Shown one piece after another: positions 9,886-16,650 of a stretch of DNA of 64,000 bases (positions within the stretch are counted from its first letter, which is position 1; the number at the start of each line of letters is the position of its first letter). The position numbers and the translations under genes were made by a program. A model generated the notes under the pieces. It searched no databases, was not told the DNA's origin, and was given only the letters and a program-made list of their open reading frames with translations. Source of the stretch: Acutalibacteraceae bacterium (GTDB lineage: Bacteria > Bacillota > Clostridia > Oscillospirales > Acutalibacteraceae); contig JAZNJR010000003.1 in the NCBI GenBank assembly GCA_045578165.1, forward strand, positions 1,402-65,401. Reading direction: 5' to 3'.

Positions 9886-11219
9886 TATTTAAAACCTCCG
9901 CATTGTTTTTCGTAAATGGGCATATATATTTCTTTATCTCTTATAACGCAACCGGGTGTACCGCCTGCACGCATAATTTCTGTACACTTAGAGCAACAAA
10001 GGCAAATTTTATTTTTGTCCATAAAGCCGTTTTTAATAATATCATTTGCAAAATTGGGGTATGCAAAAATTGTTCTGCCAAAGCCCGCAAAATCAAATTT
10101 ATTGTTTTCAATGTATGCCGCTGCAACGTTTGGTGCCGCAACCCCTAAATATGAAATTGCCGAGCATATTATAGCCATTTCGGGGTTTAATTCTTTAAGC
10201 TTTGCGGTGGCATTTAAAATTCGTTCAACCCCTTTGAGCGGATGCTCGGGGGCAGTGTAGCCACCTTTCGCATAAGGACGGTTTACATGCGGATTAAAAT
10301 AAGGGTTACCCATAGTGATATTCAGTAACCTTACACCGTATTTGTAAAGTTCTTTTATTAACCAATCGGGCTCGGTTTCATCAAAATCTATGCTTTCGTC
10401 TTTTTTTACACCAAAGCCGTAGGGGTAGGGAAAACCGTCGTAAATATTTAAACGCGAGGACACAATAAAATCCTTTGAACAGCTTTCAATCGAACCTTTT
10501 ATACTTTCGCGCAAAAGTCTTGTTCGGTTTTCCAAGCTTCCGCCATATTTACCGTCGCGCATAAAGGCAGACAAAAGCTCTGAATTTAAGTATCTATGGC
10601 AGCACTTAATATCTACACCGTCAAATCCTGCTTTTTCGGCAAGTATAGCACCATTAATTAACGAATCGCGAACTCTATCAAGATATTCATCGGTTACTAT
10701 TTTTCTTTTATCTATGGGGTTATCCTTTTCAAAAATTGGATTATTATATGCAATAAGCGGTGCGGGAATGCCGTTCGGCTTTGAATATCTGCCCGAATGT
10801 GTTGCCTGCATAATAACAATTGGCTCGTACCCGTTTTCTTTTAGTGCCTTTTCTTTTATACTCTCAACCTGTTTTTTAAAATCGTCAAGGTTATTATTGT
10901 TAATGTGAAGCTGATGTGGGTTTGCTTTACCTTCCTCCATTACTGCGGTGGCTTCAAACCATATAAGCCCTGCACCACCCGTAGCAAGTCGTTCATAGCG
11001 CCTTTTTGTAAGTGTATCGGGCGAGCCGAATTTAGTACCGTCGCACCCCTCCATAGCTTGACATATGAGGCGGTTGGGCACTTTTTTGTTACCAATAGTT
11101 AGTGGCTTTTTTAAAACATCTATATCATTAATAAATGGTAAAGCTGTGCCTGTTTCTAAATTTTCCTTTAAAAATGCCTCTTTATTAAAATAAACCGAAT
11201 TAGCCATATAACAACCCAT
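9885..11219 (-). CDS. Old-Yellow-Enzyme-like NADH:flavin oxidoreductase with a C-terminal 4Fe-4S motif, lacking the NAD(P)H/FAD C-terminal domain
   Basis: 444 aa. OYE barrel signatures (CQAMEGCDG, ATHSGRYSKP, GFDGVDIKCCHRYL). C-terminal CLCCSKCTEIMRAGGTPGC matches the Cx2Cx2Cx11C cluster of the 2,4-dienoyl-CoA reductase / enoate reductase / BaiH-type family. The start may instead be the ATG at 11207. Confidence 0.75.
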   Translation of the reverse strand: MGCYMANSVYFNKEAFLKENLETGTALPFINDIDVLKKPLTIGNKKVPNRLICQAMEGCDGTKFGSPDTLTKRRYERLATGGAGLIWFEATAVMEEGKANPHQLHINNNNLDDFKKQVESIKEKALKENGYEPIVIMQATHSGRYSKPNGIPAPLIAYNNPIFEKDNPIDKRKIVTDEYLDRVRDSLINGAILAEKAGFDGVDIKCCHRYLNSELLSAFMRDGKYGGSLENRTRLLRESIKGSIESCSKDFIVSSRLNIYDGFPYPYGFGVKKDESIDFDETEPDWLIKELYKYGVRLLNITMGNPYFNPHVNRPYAKGGYTAPEHPLKGVERILNATAKLKELNPEMAIICSAISYLGVAAPNVAAAYIENNKFDFAGFGRTIFAYPNFANDIIKNGFMDKNKICLCCSKCTEIMRAGGTPGCVIRDKEIYMPIYEKQCGGFK

Positions 11220-11274
11220 TTTCTTTATTATTTTACATTTATTGTAAATGAAATTTAAAACAATATATATATCT

Positions 11275-11303
11275 ATCTTGCTGAAAAATATGTAAATCTT
11301 GCT
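11275..11303. promoter_or_regulatory. direct repeat ATCTTGCT x2 with 21-bp period in the divergent promoter region (candidate AraC-type operator)
   Basis: ATCTTGCT at 11275-11282 and 11296-11303, lying between the operon start (11219, minus) and the AraC start (11359, plus). A TATAAT lies at about 11320. Confidence 0.3.
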
Positions 11304-11358
11304 TTTTTGTAAAAATATATTATAATAATTACAGTATTGTTTTAAAGGGGAATTGTTT

Positions 11359-12153
11359 ATGACACCAATTCTTGCGGCAAGGTATTCTGTATCAAATTCT
11401 ATACCGAGAAAATCACCGCATTATCACGATTCGCATCAGTTATTATATATAGCCGAGGGCAGTGCTGAAATTACAATAGATGGTAAGCAGTATCTTGCCG
11501 AAAGCGGTGCGCTTATTGTAATAAGCCGACTTGAAATGCACTCTATAACGGTAAAAAGCAATACTTATAAACGGTATGCGCTTCGTATAAATCCGGAATA
11601 TACCCCTAACCATAATATCGGTTATCTTTATTCGGTGTTTGTAAACCGACCCGCGGGCTTTAGCCACGTTATATATGCGAACGAAAAGCTTGAAAGCATT
11701 ATTTCAAACATTGTGAATGAATATAATAATTGCGAAATGCTGTCAGAAGAAATGCAAAGCTTGCTTTTAGAGGAATTGTTAATTTCTTTGTATCGCAGCA
11801 GTCCAAATTCGTTTGCCGCAAATGACCGTAAAAACGAAATAGTAGACGATATTTGCAAAAAAATAAAAAATAATTTAAATGCAAAAATTTCGTTGGCTAT
11901 GCTTGCGAAAAGCGCGCATTTAAACGAATATTATCTTTCACATATTTTTAAATCGGTTACGGGTTATTCGATTATGGGGTATGTGATGTCATTAAGAATA
12001 GCCACCGCTAAAAGAATGTTAACAAAAACCGAAATGTCGATTAGTGAAATAATTGAATATTGCGGATTTTCAGATGGTAGTAATTTTAGCCGTACTTTTC
12101 GCAAAACAACAGGCGTTTCACCTAGCGAATTCCGAAAAAATTTTAAAAAATAA
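11359..12153 (+). CDS. AraC family transcriptional regulator (cupin sensor + HTH)
   Basis: C-terminal AraC HTH (LAKSAHLNEYYLSHIFKSVTGYS ... IEYCGFSDGSNFSRTFRKTTGVSPSEFR) and an N-terminal cupin-like domain. The start is moved from the track's TTG (11353) to the ATG at 11359, which sits 8 nt after AAAGGGG. Confidence 0.85.
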   Translation: MTPILAARYSVSNSIPRKSPHYHDSHQLLYIAEGSAEITIDGKQYLAESGALIVISRLEMHSITVKSNTYKRYALRINPEYTPNHNIGYLYSVFVNRPAGFSHVIYANEKLESIISNIVNEYNNCEMLSEEMQSLLLEELLISLYRSSPNSFAANDRKNEIVDDICKKIKNNLNAKISLAMLAKSAHLNEYYLSHIFKSVTGYSIMGYVMSLRIATAKRMLTKTEMSISEIIEYCGFSDGSNFSRTFRKTTGVSPSEFRKNFKK

Positions 12154-12470
12154 TTTTAACTTATCTCTAAATATAAGTGATAAACGTTTATCATAAATTT
12201 TAAACCATATAACAACAAAAATTTCAGCGTGCCAATAAAGAAGTTATAACCTTTGAGTTTTGACGATTAAATTATTAAGCAGAGTGGCATGTCACACATA
12301 AAATAGTGTGGCATGCCATTAGTGTAATAGAATTGTAAATATTAATTAATCATATTTTGTAATGAGTAACTGGCATAGGCCCAGTCCTCGTTTTTGTTTT
12401 TCATGATGCCGGAATCATCATAAACAATACTAACAATTTTTTTGATAGTCTTGCTTTCAGTATTAGCAGT

Positions 12471-12797
12471 GACATTAATTACACAGAAAGAAACTGGAAT
12501 ACCACTTTAAGAACTATGGACATATTAAACGGTGCAAAGGTGTACCGCAATAAAGTGGTAGAATCCACAATACCTTATAAGGATAAGTTAACACCTTATA
12601 ATTTGCGTCATACATACTGCACTATGCTGAATGATTGCAACATAAGTGAATACTTCAAGAAGCGTCTTATGGGACATACATTATCCGATTCTATAACGGA
12701 TAGTGTTTACACCCACTCCTCTGAGGGAAAAATAATAAGAGCGGCAAAGCCGTTCTTAACTCACTTTCAAAAACTATTCGCCCAAGCGTTGAAATAA
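12471..12797 (+). pseudogene. tyrosine recombinase (integrase) C-terminal fragment
   Basis: Only about 100 aa. LTPYNLRHTYCTML ... RLMGHTLSDSITDSVYTH carries the conserved R, H and catalytic Y region of the tyrosine recombinase catalytic domain. The N-terminal ~250 aa are absent. The frame is open from 12366 but upstream residues look unrelated. Confidence 0.7.
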
Positions 12798-12905
12798 CAT
12801 AAAACGACCTTGTTATCCTTAATTGGATTTCAAGGTCGCTGTTGTTATAGTTTTAAACTTCAAGGGGGAATCAGGGGGGAAATACTAATTTTCAGGCAAA
12901 AAAAT

Positions 12906-12934
12906 AAACAGCAGGTCTTGAAAACCTACTGTTT
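12906..12934 (-). terminator. hairpin plus T-run following the X-Gln element (minus-strand sense)
   Basis: AAACAGCAGGT / ACCTACTGTTT stem (one mismatch), with an A-run at 12895-12905 on the plus strand, which is a T-run after the hairpin on the minus strand. Confidence 0.4.
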
Positions 12935-12938
12935 ATGC

Positions 12939-13066
12939 TGGCTGGGGAATAGGGATTATTCAGGCGCAACGCGCCTTCCGCCTCGCTTAGCTCGTTGCCC
13001 ACGTCGGCAAAAACAGTTCCCCGAACTGTTTTCTTCCGCTTCGCTCCCTCCTTGTTCGAATCCCTT
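12939..13066 (-). other. X-Gln: ~128-nt structured element ending in a 19-nt copy of the tRNA-Gln 3' end (miniature integrative-element relic or ncRNA)
   Basis: In minus-strand sense it reads AGGGATTCGAAC...two hairpins...AATCCCTATTCCCCAGCCA. 12939-12957 is identical to 13122-13140 of tRNA-Gln. Homologous to 13428-13551. Confidence 0.45.
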
Positions 13067-13086
13067 TTAAGTTTTACATAAAAAAT

Positions 13087-13121
13087 AAAAGCACCGACTT
13101 AATTAGTCAGTGCTTCTTTTA
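13087..13121 (-). terminator. rho-independent terminator of tRNA-Gln
   Basis: In tRNA sense: CCA-TAAAAGAA-GCACTGAC-TAATTAA-GTCGGTGC-TTTTATTTTTT. Confidence 0.7.
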
Positions 13122-13195
13122 TGGCTGGGGAATAGGGATTCGAACCCCAACAAACAGAGTCAGAGTCTGTCGTGCTACCGTTACACAATTCCCCA
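13122..13195 (-). tRNA. tRNA-Gln: tRNA-Gln (anticodon CTG), CCA encoded
   Basis: Hand-folded. Acceptor TGGGGAA/TTCCCCA, D stem GTGT/GCAC, anticodon stem ACAGA/TCTGT with loop CTCTGAC (anticodon CTG), T arm TGGGG-TTCGAAT-CCCTA, discriminator G, CCA. Confidence 0.9.
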
Positions 13196-13213
13196 AAATT
13201 TGATAACAAAGTT

Positions 13214-13241
13214 ATTATAACCGATTTTTTGGCTTTGTCAA
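13214..13241 (-). promoter_or_regulatory. consensus sigma-A promoter for tRNA-Gln
   Basis: On the minus strand: TTGACA (13241-13236), 16-nt spacer, TATAAT (13219-13214). The tRNA 5' end lies about 18 nt downstream of the -10 box. Confidence 0.55.
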
Positions 13242-13261
13242 GCCGATTTTTTAAAATAGTC

Positions 13262-13290
13262 TTGAATTTTTCGGTAATTTATGTTACCAT
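13262..13290 (+). promoter_or_regulatory. candidate promoter for tRNA-Ala
   Basis: TTGAAT (13262-13267), 17-nt spacer, TACCAT (13285-13290). The tRNA starts 13 nt later. Confidence 0.35.
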
Positions 13291-13303
13291 AAACACGTTG
13301 TAC

Positions 13304-13379
13304 GGGGGCGTAGCTCAGCTGGGAGAGCGTTTGACTGGCAGTCAAAAGGTCATGGGTTCGATCCCCACCGTCTCCACCA
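13304..13379 (+). tRNA. tRNA-Ala: tRNA-Ala (anticodon GGC), CCA encoded
   Basis: Hand-folded, 76 nt. Acceptor GGGGGCG/CGTCTCC with the G3:U70 alanine identity pair, D arm GCTC-AGCTGGGA-GAGC, anticodon stem TTTGA/TCAAA with loop CTGGCAG, T arm ATGGG-TTCGATC-CCCAC (A49:C65 mismatch), ACCA. Confidence 0.88.
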
Positions 13380-13380
13380 T

Positions 13381-13423
13381 ACACACAAACTTCACATTTA
13401 AGTGTTGTTTGTGTGTTTTTTTA
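13381..13423 (+). terminator. rho-independent terminator of tRNA-Ala
   Basis: ACACACAAAC (13381-13390) pairs with GTTTGTGTGT (13407-13416), followed by TTTTTTT. Confidence 0.7.
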
Positions 13424-13427
13424 TTTT

Positions 13428-13551
13428 GTGGTGGGGATCGAACAAGCCGTTTAAAACAACAGTCCGGTGGACTGTTGTTTAGGCGCGGCAACGAGCGAAG
13501 TGAGGCGATAGGTGCGGGTAGCACCGAGACAAATCCCCACCGTCTCCACCA
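13428..13551 (+). other. X-Ala: ~124-nt structured element ending in a 19-nt copy of the tRNA-Ala 3' end (homologue of X-Gln)
   Basis: GTGGTGGGGATCGAAC...hairpin 13454-13480...GGCAACGAGCGAAGTGAGGCG (13487-13507)...hairpin 13511-13525...ATCCCCACCGTCTCCACCA. 13533-13551 is identical to 13361-13379. Confidence 0.45.
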
Positions 13552-13556
13552 AAAAA

Positions 13557-13590
13557 GCACCGACTAATTAAGTCGGTGCTTTTTGTTTTT
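13557..13590. terminator. bidirectional terminator (after X-Ala on plus, after the CE4 gene on minus)
   Basis: GCACCGAC-TAATTAA-GTCGGTGC flanked by an A-run (13551-13556) and a T-run (13580-13590). The CE4 stop codon is at 13589-13591. Confidence 0.65.
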
Positions 13591-14446
13591 AAAAAGTAAG
13601 GGTTTCGCCGGGTTTAATTGTGTATAATTTACCGTCTATATCCATCCAAATTTGTTTAAGGGTGGGGTTGTAAATTTTGCTGCTGTCAGCACTGAAAACC
13701 AAAGAATTATATGCGTTTACATATTCGTAAATTTCAATATTTGTTGCATACCAGGTGTCTTCCTTGCCGCTTAATTTTTCACAAATTTCTTCAATGCGTT
13801 CCCAGTTGTTTTTTTCATGGAATTCAAATGAATGCCCCCATAAATAAAAGAGTTTGGGCTCACGGCGGGCGTGATAAGACTGTTCTTTTAAGTCGACAAA
13901 TTTTTCCACAAGCTCTATGGTTTCTTTATCGTCGTGGTGTGCTGTTGGCATCCATTGATACCAGTCTTGCGGTAAACTAAAGCTGTCGTTAATTTCGCCT
14001 AAAGTTCGAGCATAAACAATGTCAAGTTCTTTAAGATAATGTGAAATATTTTCAATATTTGCACCGTTTTGGAACTGACGAATACCTGTGTCGGGGTAGG
14101 CAAGACCGCGAACAATCATATTAAAGTCTTTTTCAAGACCAAGACGACATTTTAAAACGTCCTGAATACCGTCAATTGTCCTTAAATTACCGTTTGCACG
14201 GTGTTGTGCACCGTGTGTGGCAATTTCGTGACCTGCGTCAACAATATTTTTTTGAATTTCTTCTTTTGTTAAATGCCAGTCCTGTTCGTTTTTGCCAAAC
14301 CAATCACTATTAAGGTTAAATGTGCCTTTAAGCCCATATTTATTAAAAATTTCGGCAAGTCGAATGTCCCAGCGGCAACCGTCATCGTAGCTGAAGGTTA
14401 CTGCTTTAAATTTACCTTGCGGGAAACGTAAAAAACGATATCTCAT
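13589..14446 (-). CDS. polysaccharide deacetylase family protein (CE4 / NodB-like), no signal peptide
   Basis: 285 aa. FSYDDG (Asp-Asp motif) and ATHGAQH (His-His motif) of the NodB homology domain. Confidence 0.75.
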   Translation of the reverse strand: MRYRFLRFPQGKFKAVTFSYDDGCRWDIRLAEIFNKYGLKGTFNLNSDWFGKNEQDWHLTKEEIQKNIVDAGHEIATHGAQHRANGNLRTIDGIQDVLKCRLGLEKDFNMIVRGLAYPDTGIRQFQNGANIENISHYLKELDIVYARTLGEINDSFSLPQDWYQWMPTAHHDDKETIELVEKFVDLKEQSYHARREPKLFYLWGHSFEFHEKNNWERIEEICEKLSGKEDTWYATNIEIYEYVNAYNSLVFSADSSKIYNPTLKQIWMDIDGKLYTIKPGETLTF

Positions 14447-14457
14447 AATAACACCTA

Positions 14458-16632
14458 CTATTCTGCTTTCAATTCAAAGGTAAGGGTTTCAAAATCGTGT
14501 AAGGGTAAAATCGGTAAGCCGAAATTCATAAGAGTTCTACCGCTAAGTCGCATAGAAACGGGGCTTACTCTATAAATTTTGTCGGGCAAAAGACCTTGAA
14601 GTTTTACGTAATGACCGCGACTGTTGGCTGTGATTTTTTGCGAAGCAACCATAACAAATGCCGATTTTTTATTTGATGCTATAATTTGCCAACTGCAATA
14701 ATCACTTGTGAAGGGACTTTCAAGACGGAAAAACGTGCCGGAAGCAATCATATCTTCAAGGCGCTTGTGAAGAGCAATTTGTTCTTTAATTTGAATTTTC
14801 TCGCTTCTGCCAAGCTTTGCAATATCAAGCTCGTAACCAAAATTGCACATTTGTGCAACGTCCCCACGGGTTTTGAAATAGGTGGTACGTCCGGTTTGGT
14901 GGTTGGGACAAGCTGAAACGTGCGCCGACATTGCCGACGGGGGATAAACTAAGCTTGTACCGTACTGAATTTTAAGGCGTTCAATAGCATCTGTATCGTC
15001 ACTGGTCCAAATTTGTGGCATATAGTAAAGTACGCCAAAGTCAAATCTACCGCCACCGCCTGCGCAACCCTCAAACAATACCTTGGGGAAGTTATCGGTC
15101 AAGCGGCGCATTAGTTCATAAACGCCTAAAATGTAGCGGTGGAAAAACTCACCTTGTTGTTCGGGAGCAAGGCCTGCAGAACCTGCATCGGTTATGTTGC
15201 GGTTCATGTCCCACTTTACATAAGTAATTTCATATTTTTCAAGAATTGCGGCAATTTGGTTGTAAATGTAATCAACAATTTCGGGACGGGACATATCTAA
15301 TACTAATTGCTGACGACTTTCGGTCATTTCTTTGTTTTTAACGTGGACACACCAGTCGGGATGTGTTTCAAAAAGACGACTCTTGCGGGAAATCATTTCG
15401 GGTTCAATCCAAAGCCCAAACTTCATACCGTTTTCTTTGCAAACCTTGACGACGGGGTCAAATCCGTTGGGGAATTTGTTTTGGTCAATAAACCAGTCGC
15501 CTAATGAGGAATGGTCGTTATCGCGTTTGCCAAACCAACCGTCGTCAAGAACAAAGGTGTCAATACCAAGGTCTTTACAGTTGTTAACGAATTCGGCAAT
15601 AATTTCTTCCGACATATCAAAATACATTGCTTCCCAGCTGTTAATAACAATTGGACGTACCCTTTTGTTACTTGATTTGCCAAGATGATTGCGGCACATA
15701 CTGTGGAAGCTTTGCGACATACCGTTTAAACCGTTTTTACTGAATACGCAAACAGCTTCAGGGGTTGAAAAGCTTTCATTTGGTGCAAGATTATAGCAGA
15801 AATTGTAAGGATTAATACCTGCTTGTAAACGGGTCGAGCCAAATTGGTCGACCTCTGCACAAATTTTAAAGTTGCCGCTGTAAACGAGCGAAAAACCGTA
15901 TGCAATGCCATTGTCTTCGGTGGTGTCGGGAGAAACAAGCGCAGCAAAACAGTTGTGTTGATGTCCTGTTGCACCGCGGCGACTTTCAATTGAGGTTGTG
16001 CCGTTTGCTAAAGCGCGGCGGTTAATGTGTCTTTCACGTGCCCAAGCACCGTCAAGTGTAATAAAATCAAAATTTTGCGCCTGAAAATCTATGGAAAGAC
16101 TTTGTGCCGATAAAAGTTTAAGCGGCTCATTAGATGTGTTATGTATAACGGTGCGACGGGTAATTGCGTCTTCTTTTTCAAAAACCGAATAAATAAGGGT
16201 TACTTCATAATTTGAAACGGTGTCCTTAAGTACAATTTCCAAAGTGTCAACGTTTTCACAATGCTTATCGAAAGAGGGAAGACCCTTAACGGTTTCCTTT
16301 TCCTTGAAAATACGATAGTTTTTAAAAACAAGGTTTGAAGTACGTTGACCGTGTAGGTTTTCGGTTAAAACAGCGGGAATTCTAAAGTCGCCATTGCCGG
16401 AAATCGGACATTCAAAAGGGGCTACATCCTTAGAAACAATCCATTTATCAATAATTTCAGACTGCATATATTCATTTTTGGTGAAAAGGTTAAGCGAATC
16501 GAGGTTATCGTCGCCGATTAATGCCCCGTAATACCAGTGACAGAGCATATCGTCATTTAAAATTTTAATAACATAGCTGGAATTTGCAGTGTTAAGAAAA
16601 AAAGTTTTTGTTTCTTCACGGAAAAAAATCAT
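14458..16632 (-). CDS. alpha-galactosidase, GH36
   Basis: 724 aa. FVLDDGWFGKRDNDHSSLGDW, KWDMNR and CAGGGGRFD are hallmark GH36 (AgaA/RafA-type) segments. Confidence 0.9.
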   Translation of the reverse strand: MIFFREETKTFFLNTANSSYVIKILNDDMLCHWYYGALIGDDNLDSLNLFTKNEYMQSEIIDKWIVSKDVAPFECPISGNGDFRIPAVLTENLHGQRTSNLVFKNYRIFKEKETVKGLPSFDKHCENVDTLEIVLKDTVSNYEVTLIYSVFEKEDAITRRTVIHNTSNEPLKLLSAQSLSIDFQAQNFDFITLDGAWARERHINRRALANGTTSIESRRGATGHQHNCFAALVSPDTTEDNGIAYGFSLVYSGNFKICAEVDQFGSTRLQAGINPYNFCYNLAPNESFSTPEAVCVFSKNGLNGMSQSFHSMCRNHLGKSSNKRVRPIVINSWEAMYFDMSEEIIAEFVNNCKDLGIDTFVLDDGWFGKRDNDHSSLGDWFIDQNKFPNGFDPVVKVCKENGMKFGLWIEPEMISRKSRLFETHPDWCVHVKNKEMTESRQQLVLDMSRPEIVDYIYNQIAAILEKYEITYVKWDMNRNITDAGSAGLAPEQQGEFFHRYILGVYELMRRLTDNFPKVLFEGCAGGGGRFDFGVLYYMPQIWTSDDTDAIERLKIQYGTSLVYPPSAMSAHVSACPNHQTGRTTYFKTRGDVAQMCNFGYELDIAKLGRSEKIQIKEQIALHKRLEDMIASGTFFRLESPFTSDYCSWQIIASNKKSAFVMVASQKITANSRGHYVKLQGLLPDKIYRVSPVSMRLSGRTLMNFGLPILPLHDFETLTFELKAE

Positions 16633-16650
16633 TTAAGACTCCTCATTTCA

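Larger units (their letters stand above)
2231..13165. mobile_element. decayed tRNA-Gln-integrated genomic island (about 10.9 kb, metabolic cargo, truncated integrase)
   Basis: Direct repeat 2231-2329 vs 13067-13165. In 2251-2329 vs 13087-13165 I count 2 mismatches. An integrase C-terminal fragment lies at 12471-12797 next to the intact tRNA. No other mobility genes are present. Confidence 0.55.

Noticed and set aside
12284-12318. GTGGCATGTCA / GTGGCATGCCA repeat (24-bp period) between the AraC gene and the integrase fragment
   Set aside because: The repeat is real, but it lies in decayed DNA with no adjacent intact gene or promoter, so I could not attach a function to it.
12810-13070. 86-aa plus-strand ORF spanning the G-tract motif, a terminator hairpin and the X-Gln element
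   Set aside because: It has no RBS and an odd composition (Arg/Pro/Cys rich from GC-rich hairpins). It runs through a terminator and a tRNA-derived repeat. Its weak similarity to the antisense ORF over X-Ala is explained by nucleotide homology.
12939-13551. Reading the X elements as tmRNA, permuted or split tRNA genes, or intron-containing tRNA genes
   Set aside because: No complementary 5' acceptor strand (TGGGGAA for Gln, GGAGACG for Ala), D arm or anticodon arm precedes either element. Only the T-stem/acceptor 3' strand is present. There is also no tag-peptide reading frame or pseudoknot pattern typical of tmRNA.
13172-13567. 131-aa plus-strand ORF and 72-aa minus-strand ORF (13342-13560) over the tRNA region
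   Set aside because: Both read straight through tRNA-Gln/tRNA-Ala, their promoters and their terminators, so they are artefacts of ORF calling.
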